Both the position numbers and the translations under genes were made by a program. The notes below the pieces were generated by a model. The model had not been told where the DNA came from. It saw only the letters and a list, made by a program, of their open reading frames with translations, and made no database searches. From Eledone cirrhosa (lineage: Eukaryota), in assembly GCA_964016885.1 (NCBI GenBank), contig OZ024742.1:325872001-325936000 (forward strand): 64,000 nucleotides of DNA, in the 5' to 3' direction. Below are positions 28,247 through 46,054 of this stretch, piece by piece (positions within the stretch are counted from its first letter, which is position 1; each line of letters starts with the position of its first letter).

Positions 28247-28373
28247 ATAATTGCCTTATGTTGTTTATTACATAATAATAATAATTAAGCTCTGTTGCAT
28301 ACATAGAGCACTCTTTTTTCCTGGACTTTTCCGATGGAATTACTTCATTTATATGTATATTTATATATATATG

Positions 28374-28404
<31 letters not shown>

Positions 28405-28424
28405 GTATATATGTATATATATAT

Positions 28425-28502
<78 letters not shown>

Positions 28503-28522
28503 ATATATATATATATATGTTA

Positions 28523-29132
28523 TGTCAGGTCACCAGTTGGTGCTACTGGTAACATGTATCCCAGTACCACCGGTCTCATGGTCGGGTCGTTGGCGACTAA
28601 ACTGGCAACCCCACCAAGTTTTCTTGGTGAGGATGGTGACTTTGGACATCCTGCAGGATTAAAAACAAAACCTGTCAAAGGGCAACAGAGCTCTTAAGAG
28701 TCAATGGCCATCCAAAATCACCGGGAGAGATGACCCCTTAGCCTTTGTCAAGGCAGAATTCTAGGAGAAGGAAAACTCTGATATAACACCTGCAACCCTG
28801 ATGGTATCCAATGATGTTGACTTGTTCTTCTTTTTGGTAAATATCATCTTGGTTAAGAGACTGGGACTGGCTTTGTGCAGTGCCTTTGCTCACTATAAAA
28901 GCTTCACGGCACAGGCATTGCTTTATATCTGGAGATCTCTCTGAACTTGTCATCACATGGTACCATGGGCCCAGCACTATGTGTCAGTAACTGTCACAAG
29001 TGTAGTGTCTGTACCAGAGTTTTCAAGTGGCTGGCTGGATTGAAAAGTCACACTCGTTCAGCGCATCGGTAGGGGTTCTCCTACATGGATATAAAGTAGT
29101 GGCCGTACTCGAAAACGAGTTGGCAGCCACCA
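28523..29132. mobile_element. Copy 3 of the ~610-bp repeat
   Basis: Matches 6213-6822 end to end. Confidence 0.7.
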
Positions 29133-29226
29133 TATATATATATGTATATATATATGCATATATGTATATATATATGTATATATGTATATATGTATATATA
29201 TGTATATATATATATATGTATATATG

Positions 29227-29294
<68 letters not shown>

Positions 29295-29306
29295 TGTATA
29301 TATATG

Positions 29307-29343
<37 letters not shown>

Positions 29344-29347
29344 GTTT

Positions 29348-29379
<32 letters not shown>

Positions 29380-29411
29380 TACATGTATATATGTATATAT
29401 ATGTACATATG

Positions 29412-29464
<53 letters not shown>

Positions 29465-29517
29465 ATATATGTACATATGTATATATATATATATGTACAT
29501 ATGTATATATATATATA

Positions 29518-29596
<79 letters not shown>

Positions 29597-29608
29597 TAAT
29601 ATATATAT

Positions 29609-30076
29609 GGTTATACTTGGGGAGGGTCATATTTGTGTAATATTGCCAGAATTAATAAGAGAACGCACTCACTCTTTGGTTGGTTTTCGCTTTTCGCTTC
29701 TGTGTCTTTTATATCTGTTAATTTAATTTATTCCGTCCTCAATGTTGCCATTGACTGACCAACGGTCAAAAATACAGATACAACATAGACACAAACACAT
29801 ATATATAGTTTATCAAAGTTCTTTCGTTGCACATCTGCAACATCGTCAGTGGTGCTATTGTTTACTCCCGTTGCATTGTATTTTCTACGCCATCTTTTCT
29901 AAATACAATGCAACGGGAGTAAACAATAGCACCACTGACGATGTTGCAGATGGGCAACGAAAGAACTTTGATAAACTATATATATGTGTTTGTGTCTATA
30001 TTGTATATGTATTTTTGACCGTTGGTCAGTCAATGGCAACATTGAGGACCAAATAAATTAAATTAACAGATATAAC
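29609..30076. mobile_element. Inverted pair of pseudo-LTR fragments from the 13226-17306 PLE family
   Basis: 29609-29892 matches ~17020-17302 on the - strand; 29902-30076 matches ~17032-17205 on the + strand. Confidence 0.85.
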
Positions 30077-30931
30077 ACCTGGGGGGGGGCTAACGACCTC
30101 TGGTGAGCTCCAGCAGTAGCAAAGGGGACAACTGTCTATGCATTTTAGGCTCAACTGGCCTTCGTCAGGATGGACCCTCCCACCGCTTGCGACTGCTGGA
30201 CTAGAAGACAGGCGAGAATATATACTTTTATCGTCTCTGTAAATGAGGTGATTAATCACACTTGCATATGAAGCTGCATAAGTTAGCTCAACTTATAATA
30301 CAACAGAAATAGGATTTCGCTTCAAACATAGCTTTATACATTATGTATAAATATTTTGTATCACCAAAGAAATACAGTTTTAGGAAGCTGTAGCTATGCA
30401 AACACCGGGGGGGGGGGGCTCTGAAATCCATAGACGGTTGTTCCCCTTGCTTCTGCTGGATATCACCAGAGGGCGTTAGCCCCCCCTCCGGTGTTTGCAT
30501 AGCTACGGCTTCCTAAAACCGTATTTCTTTGGAGATACGAAATATTTATACATAATGTATAAAGCTATGCTTGAATCGGAATCCTATTTCTTTTTATTAT
30601 AAGTTGAGCCAACTTATGCAGCTTCATATGCAAGCGAGATTAATCACCTCATTTACACAGACGATAAAAGTATATATTCTCACCTGTCCTCTAGTCCAGC
30701 AGTCGCAAGCGGTGGGAGGGACCGTCCAGACGAAGGCCATTTAAGCCTGAAAGGCATAGACGGTTGTCCCCCTTGCTTCTACTGGACATCACCAGAGGGC
30801 GTTGTACCAACCCCGCCCGCCCCACCCCGGTGTTTGCATAGCTACGGCTTCCTAAAACCGTATTTCTTTGGAGATACGAAATATTTATACATATTGTATA
30901 AAGCTATGCTTGAAGCGAAATCCTATTTCTT
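30077..30931. repeat. Third HHR tandem family (~330-340-bp unit) in inverted arrangement, family 3
   Basis: Consensus accgtc-CTGACGA-aggc..gcct-GAAA-tgca-TA-gacggt. Copies at 30131-30174 (-), 30721-30764 (+) and a half copy at 30421. One unit on -, ~1.5 units on +. Confidence 0.75.
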
Positions 30932-31079
30932 TTATATATATATATATATAATAATAATAAATATGAAGACAAAAATCCAAAGAGGCCTCGATAAGGATAA
31001 ATATATATCAAATATATAAGAACCGTAGAGAAAATATTTATTAAAACTTTAATCTGTTATTTTAATAAATATATATATA

Positions 31080-31117
<38 letters not shown>

Positions 31118-31149
31118 CCCTTGTGCTGTGCCAAAAGAAGAAATTATTA

Positions 31150-34100
31150 TATTAATAAAAGGAATACCAACTTTGTCTGATTTACTCGTTTTATTTACAA
31201 TCCTTTAAAATGTATAATGGTATTAGAATGAAATAGTATGGTAGAATATTAAATGTTAAGTGTTAATTGAACAAGTACTTCCATGCTTTCGCAATCTTCA
31301 GGTTCATAATTTGTGGTGACAGTCAAGTTTACAATTTTCAACTGTAATGAGATGGGTAAATGTTGTACCTTATATACAGTGAAAAGTGGCTCCAGAATGC
31401 TAAATCTTGCAAACTCTATGTCGACCAATCGGTGTGTAGTTTCACTGAATTACTAAAGCTGATTGGTTTAGGCGTCACGGTTGGTTGAGCATGTCTAACG
31501 ACCACTAGTTGATCCTATTCAAAGCATCAATTGTTTTGCTACTTTTAGAAATGATGAAAATAGCATTTTCTAGTAATCATCACCATCACCATCACTTTTA
31601 TTAGTATTATTGTTGTTGTTGTTAGTGGTCGTAGTCGATATGGTCGTAGTCATAGTCATAGTAAGATTACCCCCCATTATTATTGTTCATTTAGCTTGGG
31701 TTTGAATTTATCAATAAAATTATTTTCTTTGATTTTTCTCTTGATTTCACTTGGGCTGTGTAATTTGTAGAATGGGAATATTATAAATATTCCCTGACCA
31801 CATGTTGTTAGATCGTTACTTAGGGGTATCTGGCGGACATTTGGGTCTATGATTTGCTGTCGGTGTACCCGTGCACGTTCCGATAGTGCATTTCCAGTTT
31901 GACCGACATATAGTTCTTCACAATTCGGGCATTTAATGCAGTAAATTAGATTTCTGCTTTTGCAGTTCATATTTGCATTTGGGAATATTTTTCCAGTTTT
32001 TGTTTTCATATATTGACCAGCGTGTATGGATTGACATGTGCCACATCGACTATCATTGCATTTAGATACAGTGAATGATTGGTCTTTTTTGTTAAGGTCA
32101 AACTTTGCTTTTGTTAGTAATTGCTTCAAATATTTCGGCTGTCTTTTACTAAGAGTCAAAGATCGATCTGTGATTAAGCCTTTTAATTCATTACTTTCAG
32201 CAATGATGGGTAGGTTTGCTTTGGCAGTGTTGAAGATATTCTGGTGACATGGGTTGTGTGTCATTATAAATGGTATGACCAGTTCTTGGTTTCTTCTTCC
32301 TTGGATTGTCCTAAATTGTTTTTATAGGTATTTTTATAGCCCGCTGTTTGCCATTTTCTATAAGTAGAGATGAGCAAAAATTCTCTTAGTTCTGTTAGGC
32401 GTTTGTACCTGGTATTCGTATCTTCTACAATGGTACAAATTCTTCTGGCTAGGCAGTATAGGATGTTGCGTTTTGTATGATGTGGATGGCACGACTTAAA
32501 ATTCAGATATTGATGGGTGTCTGTGTGTTTATAATATATATCCGTGGTAATCGTGGTGTCGTTTTTGATTATCATTATATCTAGGAATGGTAATTTGGTC
32601 CTACTCATCTCTTTTGTGAATTGGAGAGATGGGTGTAGGTTTTTCAGGAGGATATTGAACTCATCCAGAGTATCTAGAGATTCTGTCCAGATGATGAAAC
32701 AGTTGTCAAGGTATCTCTTCCAAGATTTTTCAATGTACTTTCTAAAGTCAGTACTATATTTTTCCTCTATTTCTTGGTAGAGTTGTTGTTCTAAGTATCC
32801 CATTACAGAGTTCGCGTAAACGGGATCAAACTTCGTTCCCATCGCTGTGCCTCTAATTTGGATGTAATTTTTTCCATTGAAGAAGAAAGTGTTGTTTTCC
32901 AGAATGAGTTTAACTGCGTCTAATATTATGGCGCTGTGAATCTGATGGGAATCACCTCTCTATGTTTTTCCACCCAGTATTTAACCGCCTTTATTCCTAA
33001 ATCATGTGTAATGTTGGTGTAAAGGCTTACCACATCAAAACTAAGTAGAAGTGAATTCGTTTCCGTGGTTTTGAGAAGATGGGACAGAAAGTCGATATCA
33101 TCCCGGATGAAACTGGGTATGTGAATACATAGTGGTTTCAAAATAATGTCAACAAAATTGCTTAGACGGTGGGTTGGGCATGTTGGACCAGCTATAATAG
33201 GTCTAAGTTTTAAGTCTTTTGGGTGTAGTAATTTAATGTACTCACTGTTTTGTTCGCTTACTGCCAGTTGTATTTCTTTTGACTTATGAACTTTCGGTAG
33301 GCCATACAGGTTGCTGGGTTTTGGCTCAAAATTGGTGATGTAGTTTCTATCCTTATCAGTAAGAGAGTTGTGGTATTTTGAAGCCAGATTGTTGATCTTC
33401 TTCATGATGTTGTGGTCTATATTTGACGGAATTTAATGATAGAATGTTGTGTCTTTCAGTTGTTCCTCAACCAAATCCTTGTAGTATTCAGCATCCATTA
33501 TAACAACTGCACCCCCTTTATCTGCTTGTTTAATTATTATTGTTTTATCATTTTGTATACATTTAAGTGCAGACATTTCTGGTTTGTTAATGTTTGGCCT
33601 AACATTAGTATTACGTCTAAGAGCAAATTTAGACAGGATATCAATGTATTGGTCGAGATAGATATGTCTTCCTTTAGGCGGAGTGAAATTTGATTTATTC
33701 TTTACTAGTGATTCATCACTCTCATTACTTTTATCAGCGAAGAATTCTACAAGACGTAATTTTCGACAGAATTATTGGGTATCCTCCTTCAGTTCTTGGT
33801 GGTTGACTGTTGGAGTCGGTGTGAATTTCAGTCCTTTTGACAGAATTTGCATTTCATCATTGTCAAGATCTCTTTTGGATAAATTAATTATTTTAGGATC
33901 TACGTGTACAGTTGTTTTGGGTATGTTTCCTCCTGGAGTTTTTTTTTCCGGTTTTTGTTGTCCTGACGTTAAAAAATGGATTTTTCTCTGTTCAGGATTT
34001 ATATTCCTGTTGGTATTTGCTTGATGACATTTTGGTCGTGATATTATATTTGGTTTCGTTATGTATTTTGTCCTATTTTTGGTATTATGTATATTATTTT

Positions 34101-34664
34101 TCCATTTCTTGTTAGCATTATTTTTAACAATCTGGGGAAATGACCTAGGTTTGCTTTCACGTTTAGATCGTCTTTACGCCCAGTTTCTTGTGGGTAATCT
34201 CTATTGAAATCTTGAGAATGATCTCCTGGTTTTACTACTTCTCATGGTCTGGTGAAAGGAATATCTTTCGTGTTTGTGCTTTTTGTTCATGTTGTGTGCA
34301 ATAGGGTGTGTTTGTAGAAAAAGCGAAGTGTTATTACCGTAGTTCTTCTTTGATTCAAGGTAAGGTGAGTGTTTGTGTTGGCACGTGTTCTGGCGTATGT
34401 TGTGTTGGTGAGATTGTCCACTTTTAATGCTTTTTTACATGCTTTTTCGACTGGTATTATAGCTGAAAAACTACGAGAACTATGGATCCGAGATATCTCA
34501 AAAGAAGAAAACAAATCAAGAAAGGTATGGCATCAGAAACAATTATTTCTCGATGAATATGCTGCAAATTACGGTAAAGACTCTGGAACCCTGAGAAAAA
34601 GTATTAAAAGTGGACAATCTCACCAACACATCATACGCCAGAACACGTGCCAACACAAACTCTC
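31150..34664 (-). mobile_element. Neptune-like PLE, frameshifted: RT, GIY-YIG and pseudo-LTR
   Basis: LYGLPKVHK, LRPIIAGP, SFDVVSLYTNI, AMGTKF.PVYAN, WKRYLDNCFIIW, FLDI, SCHP; NLIYCIKCPNCEELYVGQT. Confidence 0.88.
31268..31306 (-). ncRNA. Minimal hammerhead with one core mutation, in the Neptune-like pseudo-LTR
   Basis: tgaac-CTGAAGA-ttgc gaaa gcat-GGAA-gtac-TT-gttca. Confidence 0.7.
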
Positions 34665-34831
34665 TCTCTCTCTTTAGTCAAGAAATAGCCGTCGAAACGG
34701 CTTGAGCTCTGCCGTCGGGGTCATACTTTCTCCTATTACCCATTCTACTACCCTAAGTATTGAGTACTATGGCGCGTTATGGTCCATCTGGTTCCTTACC
34801 ACAACTCCTTCATTAATATATATATATGTAA

Positions 34832-34894
<63 letters not shown>

Positions 34895-36112
34895 CAGACA
34901 GAGAGTTCTACTTCAATATCACTTGTTAAACTTTAGTTAGCAGTTAAGGTAAAGATGTATCGAATGACACTCCTCTACATACAACATGGAGAGGATACAC
35001 GAAGAAAGCTTAATACATGAAAGACAGGGTCAATTACTAAGAGCGACCATTGAAAATGCCCATTTTTGTAGTATTTCCATTGATGACGTCCGCATTCTAT
35101 TCTCACAGTGCTCTCGATTATCATCGATTATCAAGTGAATATCATTGGTACAAGAAAATAAGGTAATTATACATGAGGTTCAACCCACAGTCTTCAATAC
35201 GGAATTTGAATTTGAGATAGTTATAAATTTCAAAATATATTAAAATATATTATATCTGAGGTCAGATTTGTAAAATGTTACTTCTGTACATTTAAGCTAT
35301 CTTGTTAGCAGAAATTCAAAATTATATGAGAATCCACCCACAAATGTTTGAAATCGTATATTCAGGATGAAATACGAATTTACTTACAGATGTTAGAAAT
35401 CGAACTCTATTCATATTTCTTTAGATTCAAAATATCGAGTTCCTATGAATCCAGATTCAACATGAATTTAATCGCAGGTGTTAGAAATTTTTTTTGTTTC
35501 ATGTTGCCAATAACTAAGTGAAATATTGTCTACATCTGTCTTAATGTACTCAATAGGTATATATAGTTTCTGTTTATTTGCGTATATTGGGATTTCATTT
35601 GATATAATACACCATATAGATTTTTCCTTTCCTCCTTTGGATTACTTGCCAATTATACTCTTGTGAGAATGCATCCTCTGGGCGCCAAGGGATTCCTACA
35701 TAAGAAACACTTGTCTATTAGATTTTACCCTTCTACTTTCTGAGTTCCAATACACCTGAATCTGATTCGATATTTGAAGCTTCTCTGTTAGAAAATCGAA
35801 GTAGCATTTACTTTCTGGTTTTGTTTCACACTCTTGTAATCCTCCATAAAACATGGGGAAATATGGGAATGGTAAAAATTATTATGGAGAATTTGAATTA
35901 ATTAATTCTATAAGAGAAAGTAAATTTATTATATAACATTCCTTATTTTAAAAGTTTCGTCTTGTGTTATGTAAATATGATTTATTCTCTTATCTTGCTG
36001 TCTGCAAGATAAGACTGTTTGAATAGCACCATAATTTATTTTCATTTTTGCTTTCTTTCTTTGTTTACTTCCCTCATACATTACATTATACAAACAGGAA
36101 AATATGTATATG

Positions 36113-36143
<31 letters not shown>

Positions 36144-36284
36144 ATTAGAAAGTGAGGCTTTTTTTTACAAAATGAAAAATAACCGAGGTATCCCACACAA
36201 GTGAAAGTACAAAGAAAAAAAGATGAAATATATATATTTTTTAAAAATAAGACTCCAGTTGCATTTTCGATTTCATCTTTTTTT

Positions 36285-36388
<104 letters not shown>

Positions 36389-36493
36389 ATGCATATGCAA
36401 ATTTGCGTCCGTTTGCATATATCTGCACACTTATATACATTTACTAACACACGTGTGCGCAAATGCGCTTGCCCACTCACACATACACACGAA

Positions 36494-38940
<2,447 letters not shown>

Positions 38941-38972
38941 ACGAAATATATATATATATATATTCAGAAACG

Positions 38973-39079
<107 letters not shown>

Positions 39080-39483
39080 GTAGAACACTGGAAGGTAATC
39101 TCGGTAGTGGTAGAGCACTCAGTCCAAGGGACGAGTTAGCTAGAAGTGGTACACAAAAGTTAGTTCACCATACCGTGAGCAATTGTTTCACCTTAGCGGA
39201 TTCTCAGCTCGTACTGGTCATGGTTATACGGAATAGCAGATTTTGCTTCGTAGAATCAAGACGTATCTGAGGACTTTGCGATTTTCAGAGTCAGGTTCGA
39301 TCATAGCATCGATCGTGGCTCGAGCTGGTCGCCAGAGAAACGATTGTAATATGTCCAATAAATTCCATTCGTCGCAACACTGATACTCGTTTTTTTCTGT
39401 GATATCATACTCTACTCTATGAGAACATCGAGGGCTCATACGGCCTACCGCATACGGACGCTTTAAGCATCCAACACCAATCA

Positions 39484-39533
<50 letters not shown>

Positions 39534-39534
<1 letters not shown>

Positions 39535-40838
39535 TAGCAGTTTAGCCCGGCGTTGCTCGGGTTTGTTCATTTGCTATGAAAAGTTACATACAGGTAAACG
39601 TGGCTTGAACGCGAATAAACTTATAAATTAAGTGCATAAAGCGGTTGAACCGGTCATTAAAAGTTACGAACCAATTAGCATTTGCGACAATCAATGATGG
39701 GTTAATAATATTCCAATAGCGAATTTAGCAGACCAAAGTTGCAAGATGGTGGCCCTGATGCCGCTGGGTGTCAGATCTGTCCCCCTGGTTGACCCTACTA
39801 GGAAATAGTTTTCCAGACGGCAATACTCCAACACCTCCAACACCTGCACCAACATCTATAGCACCTCTTTGTAGACGATATTGGGTGTCATCCCTTGAGG
39901 AGTGTAAGCAAAAAGTCCAGTCCTGCTCCCTACGCGGGAACAGGCAAGATAAAGTTGGACATGGGAGAGCATGGCTCCCTCAAATGGATGCCCGCCACCG
40001 ACAATGTTTGCCCTTGTGACTTGTTAATGGACAAGGCAAAACATGGTCTCACCGGGAATTGGGATCGCCGAAAATCGAAAGGGATATCTGACGCCGAGGG
40101 GAAAAGGTTCATCCTTGGCACTGTATTTGGCAGAATTGCCAGAAGTACAACACTATGGGTGTTGTCATATTAATATTTAACCAATGAAAGTCGTAAAAAA
40201 TAAATAATTTAAACATTCCGATTCATATGTCTATAGCATTAATCTGTTAATCGAAGTGTTATTTTGCTGGTTGTTACTTTCAATAAGCCGATTTAAAATA
40301 CCCCAGAAAGGCCGTATGTCAATACGGAACTCCAATGACTCCCCTAGCAGTTAAATTATAGAGAAGGGGAATAATCTATTATAGACAGAGTGAAGAGCGA
40401 CGGAGAGAGTAAAGCTAAGAAACTATAGGGAGGTGTGTTAAACCTCAAAGCATGAGGAGAGTAAAGCAGTTAAATTATAGGGAGGGGGAATGATCTATTA
40501 TAGAGAGAGGGAAGAGCGACGGAGAGAGCGTTATGACTATGTTTGTTGTTGTATAAAATGGTGTGTTGCTTAGTTTCCAAAATTTATGGCGCGATCCAGA
40601 ACGAAGTTTTTTCACTGTTGTGTAGTAGAGAGAGTGATTAAGCATGTAAGAGAGAGTGTTACAGCATGTATTTAGTTTTATCGATTTGTTTCCATAGAAG
40701 CAGGAAACCTTTAGCAAAGTTTATTACGCGTTGACCATCGTTTGTAAATTTGGAGCACATTGGAAAGAAATTATCAAAACCGGTAGAGAAATGTGGAAAT
40801 GCATAAAAATTATACACACACACAGACATACATCTTCC

Positions 40839-40850
<12 letters not shown>
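39534..40850 (-). mobile_element. Non-autonomous Helitron with a PIF1-like helicase remnant
   Basis: Minus-strand 3' end is hairpin cccgagcaacgccggg then ctaaactg-CTAG. ORF 39930-40121 has FRRSQFPVRPCFALSINKSQGQT (helicase motif V region). 5' end tatatataaaacggaagatg. Confidence 0.8.
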
Positions 40851-40892
<42 letters not shown>

Positions 40893-41092
40893 TACATATA
40901 TATATACATAAATGATGCATGCACATATACAAATCTATGTACGTTCATATATACACACATGATGACACGCCATAAAAAGAACATACCTGCTGACGGAAAC
41001 CTAGTAAAATAGGATTCTTTTTCTAATTAGAGAAACTAGGGTACTCTTCAGATACTCTGTGCCACTGTTTAGGGCAAGAAATGTATTTACTC

Positions 41093-41128
<36 letters not shown>

Positions 41129-41133
41129 CACAC

Positions 41134-41191
<58 letters not shown>

Positions 41192-44100
41192 GCGTATGTC
41201 TATGTGTTCGTGGATAGATATATATATATATAAATAATTTATATATGTGTGTGTGTGTGTGTGTGTATAGTGTAGGTGGTTTAGTGAATTACTGGTGTTG
41301 GTACTAAAGCAAGCACTCTATGCACAGGCCGATACACAATAAATATATTTTATATGTAAACGAAGCTTCCTCGGCTTTGAAGTTCGTCCCTGATCCAAAA
41401 TATCCGTAGGAACCATGCACAGAGTTTTTCGAAAAATATTCCGTCTTCCACAAGAAAAGTATCATTTAACCCTATTAAATTTTTAAAAGCTCATCGCATG
41501 TCTTTTTGTCATTTTGTATGAATAAATTCTCTGTTTTTATTTCAATTGACATCTTATTTAGATTCAAATGATGTGTACTCCGCAGTTCTTTGGAAATATC
41601 TTAGACGTGTTCCGCGAACAATTTGCTTGGAATCCATTGTTCTTTCCTTTTCTATATTTGAACAAACTTCAGAACGATTAATTATCATTCACAATACATT
41701 AAACACTAATAATAATATCAAACACATTGATGTTGCCTGTTGTTATTGTTACAGTTAACATTGCCTAGATTGAGCCAATCTCCCGCGCGGTTGCATCTCA
41801 TTTGTGGTCTCTTGATTTCCGTGATATTTACGGCTTGAATGATTTCAATCACAGGTCAATTAGATTACGCTTGAACAGTCGGCAAACAACAAAAACGATA
41901 ATGGTAATCACAGCAACAGCAGTATAAATCCAAATAGACCTAGCCACAATGGATAATCGAATAGTTGGAGCAACTACCGTAGCAAATTCAGCAACCTTGT
42001 CAAACTTTAATAACAACAACAATGAAATCAGTAGCCACATCTGTAACCAATACTTTTTTTACAGCAACATAATTAGGAACGATAGTAGCAACAGCACAAA
42101 AAATAAAGGGCAACAGTTACAAACAATTATTACTGTAATTGCATGGTACAAGAACAGTTTTCAATATCATAAATAGCTACATCTGTTGAAAAGTGTTTAC
42201 AAAACAATTACAGCATGCATCAGGTAAATCAGTTCCAACAGAAAAATAAAATGTTAATAGGAACTTATGCATCAGGAAGCTGTAGTAGTATCTACGTTCC
42301 ACAAAAGTAGAACAACAACAACAACAACAACAGCAACAGTAAGAGCATTAACTATACAAACATAATTAGTAGTATCAACAAATGCAGAAACAAGTATTTA
42401 GTAGTAAGAGAGAATTCTTCTACAACGGCATTATAAGTAGCAACACCAACAAAAAGGAGAGCAGCTACAGCAGCAACAACAACAACAACAACATATATTA
42501 GAGCAAAAACAACAACAACAGCAAGAATAGTATTAGCAATAAAGCCATCAAGACCAACAGACAGCTGTCAATTCTAAGAGACCATCTCCACTTAAAGAGG
42601 ATTAAACCGACTTCCATACAACTGACGTCTCGCGAGAATGAAAGTAAATCTTATTAATATCGACTTCTAGCTAAATGCCATTACAATTGTAATCAACATT
42701 GCTACATACACTAGTAAAACGACTAATAAGTACAATCACATTACAAACTATGCAACCACTAAATTTACTATTTCCTACAGTGTAGGTAATATTAGATTTT
42801 GTGGTCGATAAGGTAGACTATTCCTGTTGGTTTGGAAATGTCTTTGAAATATTGGAAGTTCATTTTTATCAGCATATTTTTGAATGTATATTTGACACTG
42901 CAGCTACTTGGAATTTTCTAATTAGGTGACAGTCTTCAGTATTACACTCGTAGGTTCCCCATACCTGCTGACACTAGGCTACAAACCATGGAATTACAAC
43001 AACAGCAGCAAATCGTGAAGGCTTTGACATTTTGAAAGTTTCTCTTCATCAATATTATCAGGAGTAAATCAAACATTTCACACTGAGAATCGTTTATTTC
43101 ATTTGAAGACATCAGGTGGTTCGTATATCAATGTTTAACAACGTGTGATATAGAACAATAGAGGCAAGTGTTTGTTTGTTTTATTTTCTATCGTAGGATT
43201 TATCCTATAATTTGCAGCGACTCCATCTGGCGTTAGGCTGATTGAGATGTTTTTCTGCTTGATACTTCTCTTCATCCAATATCATCAGAGTGCTATCACC
43301 GTTAGCATGCTAATGAATGAACCAAGAGAAGAGAAGAGAATAATGCAAGATCTCTTCTCCAACTTTGTAAATAATTCTACCAATTTCCCGCCCTTTATTG
43401 GGACTTTACTGAAACCGAAAAAAGATGGGCAAAAGTAACTGCGCCGTAATTTTAAATTAAATCGTAGAGATCGGGAAGAACTATCCTATAACAATCTGTT
43501 CGACAAATCACAGCCTAAAATATCAATTCTACGAAACCTGCAACTAGTATTATATGCAAATTGAACGGTCAGTCCAGCATTATCATCACCAATCTACAAA
43601 TCCCCATACTACTATTAACTACAGCTGTGAACGTATCATGACCGGATGGTTAAGAAAATAGCTTCGCAATCAAAAGGTCCCTGGCTGCACCCACAACGTT
43701 ACATTTTGAGCATGTATGATTCGTTATATCTTCGACACTACGCAATCTATGTGGGGGTGGGGTTAGTGGAACAGAAACTGTTTGGAAGACCATCGGTTGG
43801 ACTGTAGTCGTAATTCAACGGCCATTGATCGAACAACTGGAACATACACCATCGAAACTGACGCAGGACCATTTCATTGTTTAAAGTATCCCCCCCCCCC
43901 CCCACACACACACACACCTCTAAGACTAACAAAACTACTTTAACCCGACCAGCATTATCAGCACCAACTATAATACCCCAAACAAATTACAAACACTAAC
44001 CTTACCCCGCCGAGCGTAGAACTCACTAAACAACTACCAACTCCACAATTATTACTACTATCAAATCTACTATTAACTACACCAACCTTACTACCAACAA

Positions 44101-44498
44101 TCTCAAAACCACCATCCACAACGCTTTGAAAACAACTATTATCAATTTAAATCTTTTTAACAGTTCATCATCACCATTAATACCATAAATATAAATAACA
44201 CTAACAAAATCGTTTCCTTTATAATCATAACAATTTTACTACCAGCGTCATTATTGACTGATTTGAAACATTCATTTCATTGAGTTATTTAATGCACCAC
44301 ACTATTAATATTTTACCCTGAAGCGATTCATTTCTGCATTTGATCCTCTTCATCAATAAGCCATTAATCGCTATTCAACTATTTTCCCCATCCATTTTCC
44401 ATCTCTCCACATTTGCTATTTCGTCATCAAATGATTATGTTTATGTTTAGGGTTTGCAGAGTTTAAAATATGTCAACTTCAGTAATTAAATGAACTAG

Positions 44499-44575
<77 letters not shown>

Positions 44576-44580
<5 letters not shown>

Positions 44581-44670
44581 GGTGTCCGGCAAAAATGTAT
44601 ACATACTTTGATTACCTGTACAGACAATATTTATTAGAATGCTGTCGGAGCGTGCATACATATTTTGGGT
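44576..44670. mobile_element. Possible Tc1/mariner terminal fragment
   Basis: TA-cagggtgtccggcaaaaatgtatacatacttt directly after (TA)n; no partner TIR seen. Confidence 0.35.
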
Positions 44671-44682
44671 CACTCTCTCCCC

Positions 44683-44744
<62 letters not shown>

Positions 44745-45780
44745 TCCTTGCTTTTATCCTAGATTAAACTACTGTATTTATCCTTTTTACCCTTATCTCC
44801 ATCGGGTTACTTCGTTATCAATTCTCTGTGAATTGGTACACACCAGATTATGAATAAACTACAAAATTGTTCTATAGCCTTGGCATTAAACTTATTATGT
44901 ATATCCTTGAGAGAGAATAGAGTGCTTTACACATTCATTGGCCATCTTTAATGATGACAAATATCTAACGATGTTATTGTTCATACTAATAGTCATTACA
45001 AAGATAAACTACATTGTTAATGCGTGGCAAGCAATAAATACTTTGTTCCCGAATTATTAGTGGGTTTACTGCACTTTATATTATCCTGTTGTGTTGTATT
45101 CCAGACAAGCAGGCATTGTATGGAAACAGATTCGTGCCCAGAGAAAATTGTGGTTTTATATAAGTCATTATAAGGTACTTTTATTGTTTGTTATTGGCGA
45201 TAATTTTCCTAATGCAAGATGAAGTATTCGACAATTGTAATTAATGAACAATAACGCTATTTGAAACTTGGTTCTAAAGAGAACAGTCCCTGTTTTATTG
45301 TGTCATTAAAATCACCAGAATCCATGTTACACGTCCTAAGTAGAACTTTGGTCGATAAAAATAAATAAAATGTTTGAAATATCCTGATAACAGAAAACTG
45401 GTATTTTATTATAAAAACTATCATGTTTTATAGGGAATGCGTGTATTGAATAGACTTCTGTAGATTGCTAGTAACTAACTGCGCTATATGGTGGAAATAA
45501 TATCTCACCTTTCCGAGATTAGAAATTATACAAACAACCACCATTATATTGATTCTGTCATTGCAAGTAAAATTTCATAAGTAGATGAGTAGAGTGTTAG
45601 TTTTATATAGATACATCTTAAGAAAAATGAATTATTCTGGCCGTCTTAAATATTTAATCATCACTAACAAAATAATTGAGGTCAATACCCTCTGAATTTT
45701 TAGCTGCTCTCAAAACTATCATAAATATTAGCTCCTTTTACACCAAAAACGATGGCTTGCACAGACGCACACACACACAC

Positions 45781-45867
<87 letters not shown>

Positions 45868-45917
45868 TTATTATATACTGTACCGATTGTGTTGTTATTT
45901 ATGTTTACCTTTTAAAT

Positions 45918-46003
<86 letters not shown>

Positions 46004-46008
46004 ACACA

Positions 46009-46054
<46 letters not shown>

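Noticed and set aside
34920-36010. Possible host exons (ag...gt-bounded segments)
   Set aside because: No supporting ORF or recognisable protein; splice-like motifs alone are insufficient.
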